The position numbers and the translations under genes were made by a program. A model generated the notes under the pieces. That model was not told the origin of the DNA. It did not search any database and saw only the letters and a list, made by a program, of their open reading frames with translations. Positions 52,101-61,466 of a DNA stretch of 64,000 nucleotides are shown here, piece after piece. Source of the stretch: Trypanosoma brucei (taxonomy: Eukaryota); contig CH464491.1 in the NCBI GenBank assembly GCA_000002445.1, forward strand, positions 1,120,001-1,184,000, written 5' to 3'. Positions within the stretch are counted from its first letter, which is position 1. Each line of letters opens with the position of its first letter.

Positions 52101-53266
52101 CAGGTGCTGGCGGGGATCACAATAAGAAAGGAAATCACGCACGCGCAGTATATGGTTCCGAACCCGCAAAAAAAAAAAGTCTAGCAGCACCGTGGTTAGC
52201 GAACTTGGTAAAAATAACATCGAAAAAATGCAGAACTTAAAAAAAAAAGCGAACCACGAGTTAAACGGGTAGAGGTGAAGACGTTGTACGACGACACTGA
52301 AATGTTTCTTCGAGGGAGCTCGAGTAAACCAAGCGCTCTATATCGGATGGTAGCGGACAACCACCGAAAGTTAGAAATAAACTCAATACCTCACTGGAAA
52401 CCGAATCAACTGTCTATAGAATAAATGGTGAATCAGCGTCTCCAAGGAATGATGCAATCAAAAGCATTAGTAGAAGCGCTAGCAGTAGTCCCTCTTTATT
52501 GAAACGTGAGGATTATAAGCACGGGCAAACGTTCGCCGACCCGAGAGCTGAAACAAAATGCGAGTGTACAGATGGTAGATGCATTGTTTCTACGGGTAGA
52601 GCGGCTATTCCAATTTCAATGCGGCGATCAGCCGTCTCAGCGGACACGAAAACCCTTCAGGTGGCGTTGAATGTATCTTTAGCTCTTGCATAAGTAATTC
52701 AAGACAAGCCCCTGACTGGTTTCGAAATCGATTGAACTGGTAATATGTTTTATATTATTATTATTATTTCTTTTTGATCAAGCATCAACGAGTGTCACAT
52801 TTTTCAAATTCATTCAACGGATCTGTTGCGGTGAGTCAGAACGATTGTTCAGAACTTTCTCTGCTGTTCTCATGGTACCTATGCAGCAGCGCAAGCACAG
52901 AGTTTGTTTTAGTATTTTTTCGGAGAAGCATTCAATACGCAGGGGGTTAGTTTGCTGTTATGGCGGGAGAATGGGTCCGCTTTTTTGTAAGGGTGCCCCA
53001 GAGGGACACAAGGGTTGTCTTCCTTACATGGGGGCAGAAGTCACTGTCGTGAGAAAGCGACTCACTATTCGACTGGGGAAAAAACGGCAGTGATGTGGGC
53101 TGGGTAGTAACGGTAGTTTCTCATTAGAATAATCATGGTTGTGGGCGTGCCTTGCACACTTAACGAAATATTAATGTTGTGTAGTAAGTGTAGAGGGTTT
53201 GTTGAACCCGAAACAGCGGGTCTGTTTGAGTGATAGTCATTTGCGTTACATGCCAATCGTACTCAC
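49117..53266. other. 4.1-kb non-coding spacer inside the polycistron (contains repeat copy 1)
   Basis: No ORF longer than 130 aa on either strand. Too long for an ordinary trypanosomatid intergenic region. Confidence 0.5.
50815..51292. repeat. 478-bp direct repeat, copy 1
   Basis: Base-by-base identical to 58614-59091 except for 6 mismatches. Contains the ORFs 50845-51150 (+) and 50852-51067 (-), which recur in copy 2. Confidence 0.9.
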
Positions 53267-54379
53267 ATGATATGTCGTTTCCCTGTTGATATAAGTAAGG
53301 TGTGGGGCAACAAACGTTTTCAAGGGCAGTTATATCTTAATATGACTTCCGCAGGTCGTCCGCAGGTAACTCTTGACGAAAATTACACTGGAGAGGATGT
53401 GGGCAATTTGAGCCGCAGTGCCACTTTGGAATGCCTCACAGCCAAAAAGTGCGGAAAATTGAAGAGCGTGAAATTCGAAAAGGCAAAGAACCTCGTTTGC
53501 TTGCACGCCGAGAGTTGTGGAAAACTGAAAGTTATCGACGTGAGCTCTTGCTGCAAATTAGAGTCACTAACGGTCACGAAATGCAAAAATCTTAAAGAAG
53601 TGCATGGTCTTCCAGACGCATGTGAGTTGCTTGCTTTGAATTTATCTGGATGTGGAAAACTGGAACAGGTAGAGGGGTTATGTGCAACAAATATTAAGGT
53701 AAAGAAACTTAACTTGAGTGGCTGTAAGCTGTTGGAGCCTCTGGGAGTTTTGGGATGCTGCAAGAATGTGACAGAGTTGGATCTAAGTGGATGCAAAAAT
53801 ATCAACCAGAGCTCCATGGAGATAGCATGCAAAGAGCTCAACGGTCTGGAGACTCTGAAACTGAGCGGAGTTCCTACAGTATCAGATAATTGGGTTTGGT
53901 CCCTTGGGGTAAGCAACAGGTCTAACGCCAACCTGCTGTATTTGGACCTTTCTCGGTGCTTGGATATAGAAAATGCGGGGCCGTTGTCGATGATACGCTC
54001 CTTAAAGGAATTGTCTCTTGACGGCTGCACCAGCATTTCTAAGGGTTTGGAAGCGGTATGCGGTCTCCCCAACTTGAAGAAACTGTTATTGAGCAAAACG
54101 AAGGTAACAGATGAATGCCTCGAGAATATCAAAGGGAACAGAAACCTAGTGGTGCTTGGTTGCAGCGGGTGTCTAGGCATCAGCAGCATTTCGTGTATTG
54201 GGGAGGTAAAATCACTTGAAGAATTGTCCTTGGAGGGCTGCACTAACATTAAAAAAGGACTGGACATACTGCCTCGCCTTCCGAAACTTCAAAAATTGTG
54301 GATATGTGGCTTAAATGTTCCTGAAACAATAAAGCAAAAGCTAAAAACCCAGGGTGTCAAGACGAACCCACTCCGGTAG
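53267..54379 (+). CDS. ESAG8-like leucine-rich repeat protein (LRRP), lacking the N-terminal RING finger
   Basis: Tandem 23-25-aa LRRs in ESAG8 style: LNLSGCKLLEPLGVLGCCKNVTELDLSGCKNI, LEELSLEGCTNIKKGLDIL and LDLSRCLDIENAGPLSMIRSLKELSLDGC. The C-terminus resembles the ESAG8 tail. Confidence 0.65.
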   Translation: MICRFPVDISKVWGNKRFQGQLYLNMTSAGRPQVTLDENYTGEDVGNLSRSATLECLTAKKCGKLKSVKFEKAKNLVCLHAESCGKLKVIDVSSCCKLESLTVTKCKNLKEVHGLPDACELLALNLSGCGKLEQVEGLCATNIKVKKLNLSGCKLLEPLGVLGCCKNVTELDLSGCKNINQSSMEIACKELNGLETLKLSGVPTVSDNWVWSLGVSNRSNANLLYLDLSRCLDIENAGPLSMIRSLKELSLDGCTSISKGLEAVCGLPNLKKLLLSKTKVTDECLENIKGNRNLVVLGCSGCLGISSISCIGEVKSLEELSLEGCTNIKKGLDILPRLPKLQKLWICGLNVPETIKQKLKTQGVKTNPLR

Positions 54380-55212
54380 CCATACTGAAACATCATAATG
54401 AGACTTCATCTTCCCTCCCGCAACAACTTCCAGCAAGTGAGGTACATATACATAACATGTGTATATAGACGTATGTCCCCTAAAGGAAAAAAAAATGTGA
54501 TGCCTTTCAGAAGGCGCCGCGGCTATTTCTTTTTTCTCTTTATCTGGAGGCCAGCAGTGGTCTCCGTTATAGGTGAGTGGCACCTTCCCAATTGAACATT
54601 TATCCCGTAAAAAAAAAAAACAGTACTCTCACATACTGAAGTACATTCCAGTTCAGCGTATAAAGCTGTGGCACTACATGGCTTTCACTTTTAACGGAAA
54701 GCATTACTTACACTCTTATGTTTTGTTGGTTTTGGGTGTTGGAAAAAAACATGAACGTCGGGAAAGGATGATACATCGGTAATGGTTGTTAGTGTGAATG
54801 TGATTGTGTATTTCTCCCCACTTGTGCACTTGTTGCCACTACGGGGAGAAAATAATTTTGCTATGGGGGTATATAATACATACTTCGAACTAGTAAGTGG
54901 CGTGCGCTGCCCCTTGATTGATGCAGCTCTGTGAAGAGTGCTAACAGATACCTGACTTGACACTCCGTTTTGGGGTTCGGTATGTTGTACTTAAAGGTTT
55001 ACTGGAGGTTGGTGACTAAATAATTTATGCTTGGCTTCCTGTGTACGCACAGAAAGAACTAAACCTTTGTGGATGTGAATAATTGAAATGTTGGTGAAAT
55101 GCCACGTGCACTGTTCTGGAATGTAAATTATCGCGACGAGTGTGTTGAAGAAGTAACAGAGAAATTCTCTATCGTGATGATCTCCCTTCATTAGAGTTTT
55201 AGGTGAAAGAAA

Positions 55213-55887
55213 ATGCTGTCGGAAATGTTGTTGCTTTTGTGTATATTGTCTGTCGCATCGGTGCTCAGTTTTGAAGACATGGTAACGATGACAGTTTCGT
55301 GGCCTCACAACGCAAGTTGTAAGGGAATACAAGGTGACCCGCGTGTTTGTCGGGCCCTAGCGGTTCTTGTGAAAGACGCATTTTCGAGTCGCTGCAAAAC
55401 AGTTACAGGGGACGTACGCGCAACTACCGCCGAAGCGTCTTGTCACTTGCAGTTTAAAATTAATGAAGAAACTCCTCTTTATTACCTGTGTAATGGCGAT
55501 ACCGTGAGGGAGATTATGCAGAAGCAAGAGGACCTGCACCTACCTGCGCATACCAATGGAGAGCCCGACTGTAGCAAACTCCCTGCGCGTATTGAGCTCA
55601 GTTCCGACAAGGACAGCAAAAACGCTGCTACCGTGTCAGCACCAGCAAATACTGAGAAGGAATCCAAAGGGAAACCTGAAGAGAGTCCCGCGACCGAAAC
55701 ATCGGATAACGTGACCGAAAAAACTGTCCCAGAGAAGCCGACCATTAAGGGGCCACAGACTAAAAATGAAAAAACAGTGGATGTAAAGTCTACCGAGCCG
55801 CAGAGTAAACAAAACAGTGGATCCATGCGGTCCTTATTCGGTGACCGTTGTTTTTTTATTCCTCTTTTATACAGCATGTTACTTTGA
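55213..55887 (+). CDS. Small predicted surface protein with N-terminal signal peptide and C-terminal GPI-anchor-like hydrophobic tail
   Basis: The N-terminus is MLSEMLLLLCILSVASVLS. There are 6 Cys in the N-half and an acidic, K/T/E-rich spacer. The tail, GSMRSLFGDRCFFIPLLYSMLL, ends the protein. Confidence 0.5.
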   Translation: MLSEMLLLLCILSVASVLSFEDMVTMTVSWPHNASCKGIQGDPRVCRALAVLVKDAFSSRCKTVTGDVRATTAEASCHLQFKINEETPLYYLCNGDTVREIMQKQEDLHLPAHTNGEPDCSKLPARIELSSDKDSKNAATVSAPANTEKESKGKPEESPATETSDNVTEKTVPEKPTIKGPQTKNEKTVDVKSTEPQSKQNSGSMRSLFGDRCFFIPLLYSMLL

Positions 55888-56904
55888 ATGAACACTGGGC
55901 TCTAAAACCCATGACTCTTTGCTTTATTCCGAAGTCATACTTTATTAAGGCTTATACGCGATAACATCTTTTTGCTTGTACGTCCATTTACCCTCCTGTA
56001 ATACGCACGCACATATATCCCCTCATAATATTCGTAGAATCATGCAAACACAAACTGCTCATGAGATAACCGATACTATTTCCGTAGAGAGTATGTGTTG
56101 GTGTTGGCATAACTGTCTTGTCACATTGAGCGTATTTTGTGTGGAGTAATATTCGCTGACTGTTAAGAAGTTTAGGATAATAGGTTCCACTTCGTAGTGG
56201 CTTGCGTGTAGCGTGCATATCTTTGTGGAAAGGAAAACTAATCAATTGTTTGTTTGACACTTATTATAGTTTGTGGTAAACGAAAGCAGTGAATATTCCC
56301 ACTGCAAAGGGAGGGAATTCCTTATGTGTGTGAGTTTGAGGAAGCTTTTCCATCTCGTAGAGAGGTAATTCTCAACGAGCTAGGAAGTTGTCGAGTATGC
56401 GTAACCCAGGGCGAAGCAGTTTGGGGAGACCACATACGTGCGCACGTATCTGTACTTTCACGTATGTATATCCCATTTGTACCTATAGCATTCTATAAGC
56501 GTTTCTCGCCATTTAATTAAACAGTGTGCGCAGGCTACAACGACAACAAAAAAGGTTTCTGTTAAAATATATGGTGTCTCCACATTAAAACATGAGAAAA
56601 TGAGTTTACTTTCGGCTGGGGCTTCTCACATAGACACCGGGACTGCGTTTAACAGAGTTTTGTCGGGAACTCCTTGGGATGTAATTGGTAAAAGCTATAA
56701 CTCTATTTCGTTTTTTGTTGCATCGGTTCCCTATTTCCGGGACCCGGTTACACTTATCCAATATGTTGTTGGAATGTTAATGCTATATATTTGTGGTGTC
56801 AGGAAATGTTAATAATAGAACGTGCAGATTGTGCTACCTTTATAGTTCCTTTTCTGTGTATCTTCAAGAGGTGAATATATTGAGCAAAGTGGAAAGCAGG
56901 AAAA

Positions 56905-57975
56905 ATGTGTGGTATTAAATATTGCGTCGTTTTGTTTGCCTTGGTGCTCCGAACAAGTATCTCCGGGGAGGGAAAAATTGTCAATGAAGATGAATTTGGA
57001 GCCCTATGTGGTATGATAAATCTGGCTCAGGCTGGATTGAGGAAGATAAAGGAGGTCCGAGAAACCATTAAAGGTACGATAAGAATTGGATCAAGATGCC
57101 TCGAGCTTACTGGGGGTAGGGTATTGGACACGATTTGTGAGGGAGAAAATAGTAGAAACTGCGAAAATCGCAGAACGTTTTGGAAGAAAGCGGAAAGTTC
57201 ATCGAACAAAAAAATAGCCGGAGACGGTCTTCTAGATCGACAAACGGAGGAAATGATTAGGAAGATAGGAGGTGAAGCCGCAGACCTATATGAGGATGTC
57301 ACGAGGAAGCAATGGGTACCATTTGCAAATGCACTGGAAGAAAAAATCAACGAAGCCCTCTATGGTGTGCCTTGGAGACCAGAAGAGATTAAGGAAAACA
57401 CTACAGACAGAAAGCAACTATGTCAGCAGGAGATTTCACGGAACGCGGTGCATTACCCACCAGCGTCGTTGAGCAGGGATTTATTATGTGTCTGCGCGAT
57501 GGACCTGGAGTCAGTGAGGAAGCACAGACTTTGCTGCGAATTTTGCGGTTACGAAGATAATCGGGAGGTTTGGAAACCAAACAAGGATTCGTGGGAAAGA
57601 TGGAACTTTCTTCGAGCACACTGTGCATTTCTTGGAGAACCTAAGGAAGATTTCGAGAAACTTGCGAGCACGTTCAGGCGCCTGATAAATCAGCAACACA
57701 ACACGCCTATCGGGGTTATGTACATCTTGGGATACCAGAAGAGAAACAGCTTCTGGTCCCTTGGGCTCTCGTCAAGGGGACCTATGGGTCCGGGTGTGCA
57801 TTATGTTTTAATGGGAAAAGAGAAAACGACTGACGATATACCATGGTTGAAACTGTTGCGAGAGGTGACAATGGAGATGGGACAACCGGCTCAAGACAAT
57901 GTCCAAGAAGGTGAGTTCACAGAGGCCCTTGAGAAGTTGGAACAAGACCTCGAAAAATTGATTCAGACAAAGTGA
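56905..57975 (+). CDS. Cys-rich predicted secreted protein (signal peptide, no TM or GPI tail); possibly ESAG-like
   Basis: The N-terminus, MCGIKYCVVLFALVLRTSISGEG, is a signal peptide. There are about 14 Cys, including CEGENSRNC and CCEFC, and a hydrophilic C-terminus (EKLIQTK). Confidence 0.5.
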   Translation: MCGIKYCVVLFALVLRTSISGEGKIVNEDEFGALCGMINLAQAGLRKIKEVRETIKGTIRIGSRCLELTGGRVLDTICEGENSRNCENRRTFWKKAESSSNKKIAGDGLLDRQTEEMIRKIGGEAADLYEDVTRKQWVPFANALEEKINEALYGVPWRPEEIKENTTDRKQLCQQEISRNAVHYPPASLSRDLLCVCAMDLESVRKHRLCCEFCGYEDNREVWKPNKDSWERWNFLRAHCAFLGEPKEDFEKLASTFRRLINQQHNTPIGVMYILGYQKRNSFWSLGLSSRGPMGPGVHYVLMGKEKTTDDIPWLKLLREVTMEMGQPAQDNVQEGEFTEALEKLEQDLEKLIQTK

Positions 57976-58613
57976 GTTGGAGGTGGTTAGGAATCCTCCT
58001 ACGTATATATCCATTCCAATCAACCGGAATTTGGCAGGGGAAAATAGGTAACGAATAAGAGCAGTAAAGTAACGTGAGGAAAATGGTTTCAGAAAAAATA
58101 TTTTTTTAAAGGTCATGTCGGAAAGGGGGGATATATTGCCATAGAGAGATATTCATCCAACATGGCGGGGTAAGTCTCCGCCAGTAAAATTACTGTGATA
58201 TTTCTTAATTAAAGCGCATTGGGAGTGTTTCAATAATATGCGGTTGAGTTACCAGATTCTATACTCATATCCATTGTGCCTTCGCTTCGTAGGAAGGAGT
58301 TAATCTTCGAGAAACAATTCGTATCCATGGATCCCATCATATGGGAGGATAACTATGGAGTCGTCTTTTTTCAAGGGCATCCTGCTGCCGCAGCAACAGC
58401 AGCAGGAGGGCGGTGGAAAGTACAACTTTACTTAGGGACGCCTCCACTGCATGAATACCAGCGGAGCAAATAGTATGACCAACCATACTAGCATGTATAC
58501 TGTTTCAATGTCAGAATAAAAGGGGCACTAGCTACGGTAAAGCTCATTTCCCCTCTTTGCTTTAACTCTACCCCCAAAGGCGTGCGTACGATGCGCATTT
58601 ATCGTTTTGTCTT

Positions 58614-59091
58614 CATCCAATATTATAATTTTATTATGTTTACATGATTTTCAATACTTTTTACTTGGTTGTGGAAGATGTGGAGGAGGATGTGCACCTA
58701 TCGTGGAAATTAAATGCTGTGTCGCTGAAAAGGCGTTCAACGTATCCATTTTCCCTGTCGGAACTACCTCCTCCTCCCGCTGTTGTAGCAGCGAACACCA
58801 AATACGTGTCTTGTTACATTGTTTGGGACGTGGTCCTGGTGTGTGGAATGCGCCAGTGGTGTTCACTCATCAACCAAAAGATTAGTGTCGTTGTCTGTAT
58901 CCATAGGAAGCAAGTGTGTTGCGGAAGTTCCGTTTTAAGGGATCCTTGAGTGGATGAAGGTGTGGAAGAAATGGAAAGTGCGCACTGTGTGGCTGTTTCG
59001 GTGGCGCCGGACATAATGCAGGTTAGTGTCCCTCCAAATCTTACACAGTGCTCATCAGAACCAGAAAATAAGGAGGTTTTCATTGCACCGT
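58614..59091. repeat. 478-bp direct repeat, copy 2
   Basis: Constant offset of 7799 bp from copy 1. Flanks diverge immediately outside both ends. Confidence 0.9.
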
Positions 59092-60158
59092 GCGGTGTTG
59101 CATCTTCAATACCCGCTTCATATTGGGATACATTCAATAAGATACGTCGGGCCACCATTTTACACTTTGTGCTATAGCATACGTGTGTGCAACCAACTTC
59201 GTTGTTCAGTCGAATACGTGGACCCATATATCCCCTCGATAGAAAACACGCGAAGTAGTGTTTACGGCATTTAATGATTTCACTTGACCTAACTTCTTGT
59301 AGGATGGTATGCGCGTGTGGTCACGCTGCTGCTTTTCTTTCGTCTCGGAGGCGGTGTGGGAGTCAGGTGACAGGTTGTTGCGGTATACTAGCGTTGCGAT
59401 ATGCATGGTACTGGTTTTATCACAGTTGTGGTAGAGACGCTTTTCTTTGGCGCCGTGGTACGCAAAATAAAAAAGAAAAAAACATTAATATAACCTGATG
59501 CGAATGTCTCGGGAAGTTAAGGAACCGTGCGGAAGCGGCGGGGGTGTGGAGCCCAGACTCAAGGGTTGCGTGCACCTGGGCGATTTAACATTTTTTTTTT
59601 TACAAAACTGCTGATGGTCAAGGGAGATTGTAATTGCTGTTAACTCTATGGGAAGGGAGCCGACGGACCAGACGCTAAGTGGTAGGGGATCAATTCGTGA
59701 CATTGATTATGATATATGAACGCTTTACACAAAAGATGCAAAGGGTGTAATTATATCCCCCTTGGTTGGAAGTGCTTCATTCACTTGTATCCGCTCTCAG
59801 AAGCCGGTTACACCATCGGGGGTGTGTGCATACTGGGGCACATGCCTCCATTTTGTTCTGTTTGTTGCGACCACCGTCAGCGTAGTAATACATATCACAT
59901 CTTTTGTTTCTTCGCTGCTGTTGCCAAGAGGATATCGGAGGGAAAGTGTGCCACAGAGCACGCGAACTGCCTGCCGTATGTAGTTTTACGTGTGGCGGAA
60001 TGCTGGGAGAGAGGATACGATGCGCCGAAAAGGGAAAAGTACGCACACTGTGGTGCCCTGAAAGGCTTGAGAGAAGTGGCTGTTACTGTTTATTAGTGAG
60101 GCATCATGCTCTCTGTTGTTGTTCGCTTTGAGGATTTGCTTGCGTCCGCTCTCTGGTT

Positions 60159-61466
60159 TTGACGTTATTTTTTTTTTCTTACGATCAGGATGTCTGTAAC
60201 AGCAAGGGCAGCAAAGGAAGAGAAGTTTTAGCGATGCTAATGAACACCCCGCTAAAGAGGGTAGAAGACATACCACCACTTCTTCGTGAACGGCTTACGA
60301 AAGCAGAGGAGAGCGGGTGGAAAATTCTTGACCTCTCGGGTTGTAAAGAAACTTTGGATGTCACGGCGCTCACTGAGGTCGGCATGCTGGAACAACTATC
60401 CCTGGAGGGTTGCACAAACTTGAGAAGAGGGCTGCGGGAAATATGCAACGGGGAAAGAACGCGCAATCTGAGGACGCTGCACTTAAGCAACCTACCCATG
60501 CTTGATGACACATGCATTAAGATATTGGGGGGAACACACCTACGGCTCGAACTGTTCACCTGCGCACACTGTAAGAACGTAACGAACGTTAGGCCCCTAG
60601 CGGAAATCAAGGCCCTGAAGAGCCTTTCGCTCGGACACTGCGTGAATATCAAGCATGGTCTGAAGGAAATTTGCGGAGGTCTGACGAATATGAGGGCTCT
60701 CTGGATCAACCACATACCGGCTGTCGACGATGCGTGCATTGCGGAGCTCGGCGCAAAAGGCGACGGTTACGAAGGCCATCTGATTTGGTTAATTTGCGAT
60801 GGATGTCTTGGGATAACGGATGTTACGGCCATTTCGGAGATCAAGACATTAAAGAGACTTTCGCTGACGGGATGCGAGAACATAACGAAGGGGCTAGAGG
60901 AGATGTGCGCCAGTGAGAAACTGCAGGACCTGCAAGACCTATGGGTGAATAACGTGAAGGCGTTCAGTGATAAGTGCCTTTTGAATCTGGAGGAAAGTCA
61001 CAGGAAGGGCGGATGGAAACTGCAGGTGCTCAGCACCAAAGACTGCTGCAGCATAACAGACGTGTCACCCCTGGGGAAGCTGGTAACGTTGAGGGTGCTA
61101 TGCCTTGACGGGTGCGTGAACATTAAACAAGGTCTGGATCATGTCATACTGTCGCTGGTCGATTTGAGGGAAGCGTACTTGGGAGGCATTGGCATAACCG
61201 ATAGGCATATTGAGCTGCTTGGTCGCCACAAAAAAATTGAACGATTACACCTCCCTTTTTCAGGGAACATTACAGATATTACTCCCTTAACGAATGTCTG
61301 GACACTGGAGGCTTTGTGCTTGTGCGGGTGTCTAAAGGCTACAAGGGGATTTGAAAAGTTTTCTACACTCTTCAGACTCAAAAAGTTGTGTGTGTGTGGT
61401 GTTTACGTCGATGCGGACACAGTCATGGCCCTAAAGGGTAAAGGAGTGGCTGTGAAGCTGTGGTAG
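60159..61466 (+). CDS. ESAG8-like leucine-rich repeat protein (LRRP), second copy
   Basis: LRRs include LEQLSLEGCTNLRRGLREI, LKSLSLGHCVNIKHGLKEICGG, LKRLSLTGCENITKGLEEMC and LRVLCLDGCVNIKQGLDH. The likely start is MLMNTP at about 60233, after a polyY tract at 60165-60180. Confidence 0.65.
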   Translation: MTLFFFSYDQDVCNSKGSKGREVLAMLMNTPLKRVEDIPPLLRERLTKAEESGWKILDLSGCKETLDVTALTEVGMLEQLSLEGCTNLRRGLREICNGERTRNLRTLHLSNLPMLDDTCIKILGGTHLRLELFTCAHCKNVTNVRPLAEIKALKSLSLGHCVNIKHGLKEICGGLTNMRALWINHIPAVDDACIAELGAKGDGYEGHLIWLICDGCLGITDVTAISEIKTLKRLSLTGCENITKGLEEMCASEKLQDLQDLWVNNVKAFSDKCLLNLEESHRKGGWKLQVLSTKDCCSITDVSPLGKLVTLRVLCLDGCVNIKQGLDHVILSLVDLREAYLGGIGITDRHIELLGRHKKIERLHLPFSGNITDITPLTNVWTLEALCLCGCLKATRGFEKFSTLFRLKKLCVCGVYVDADTVMALKGKGVAVKLW

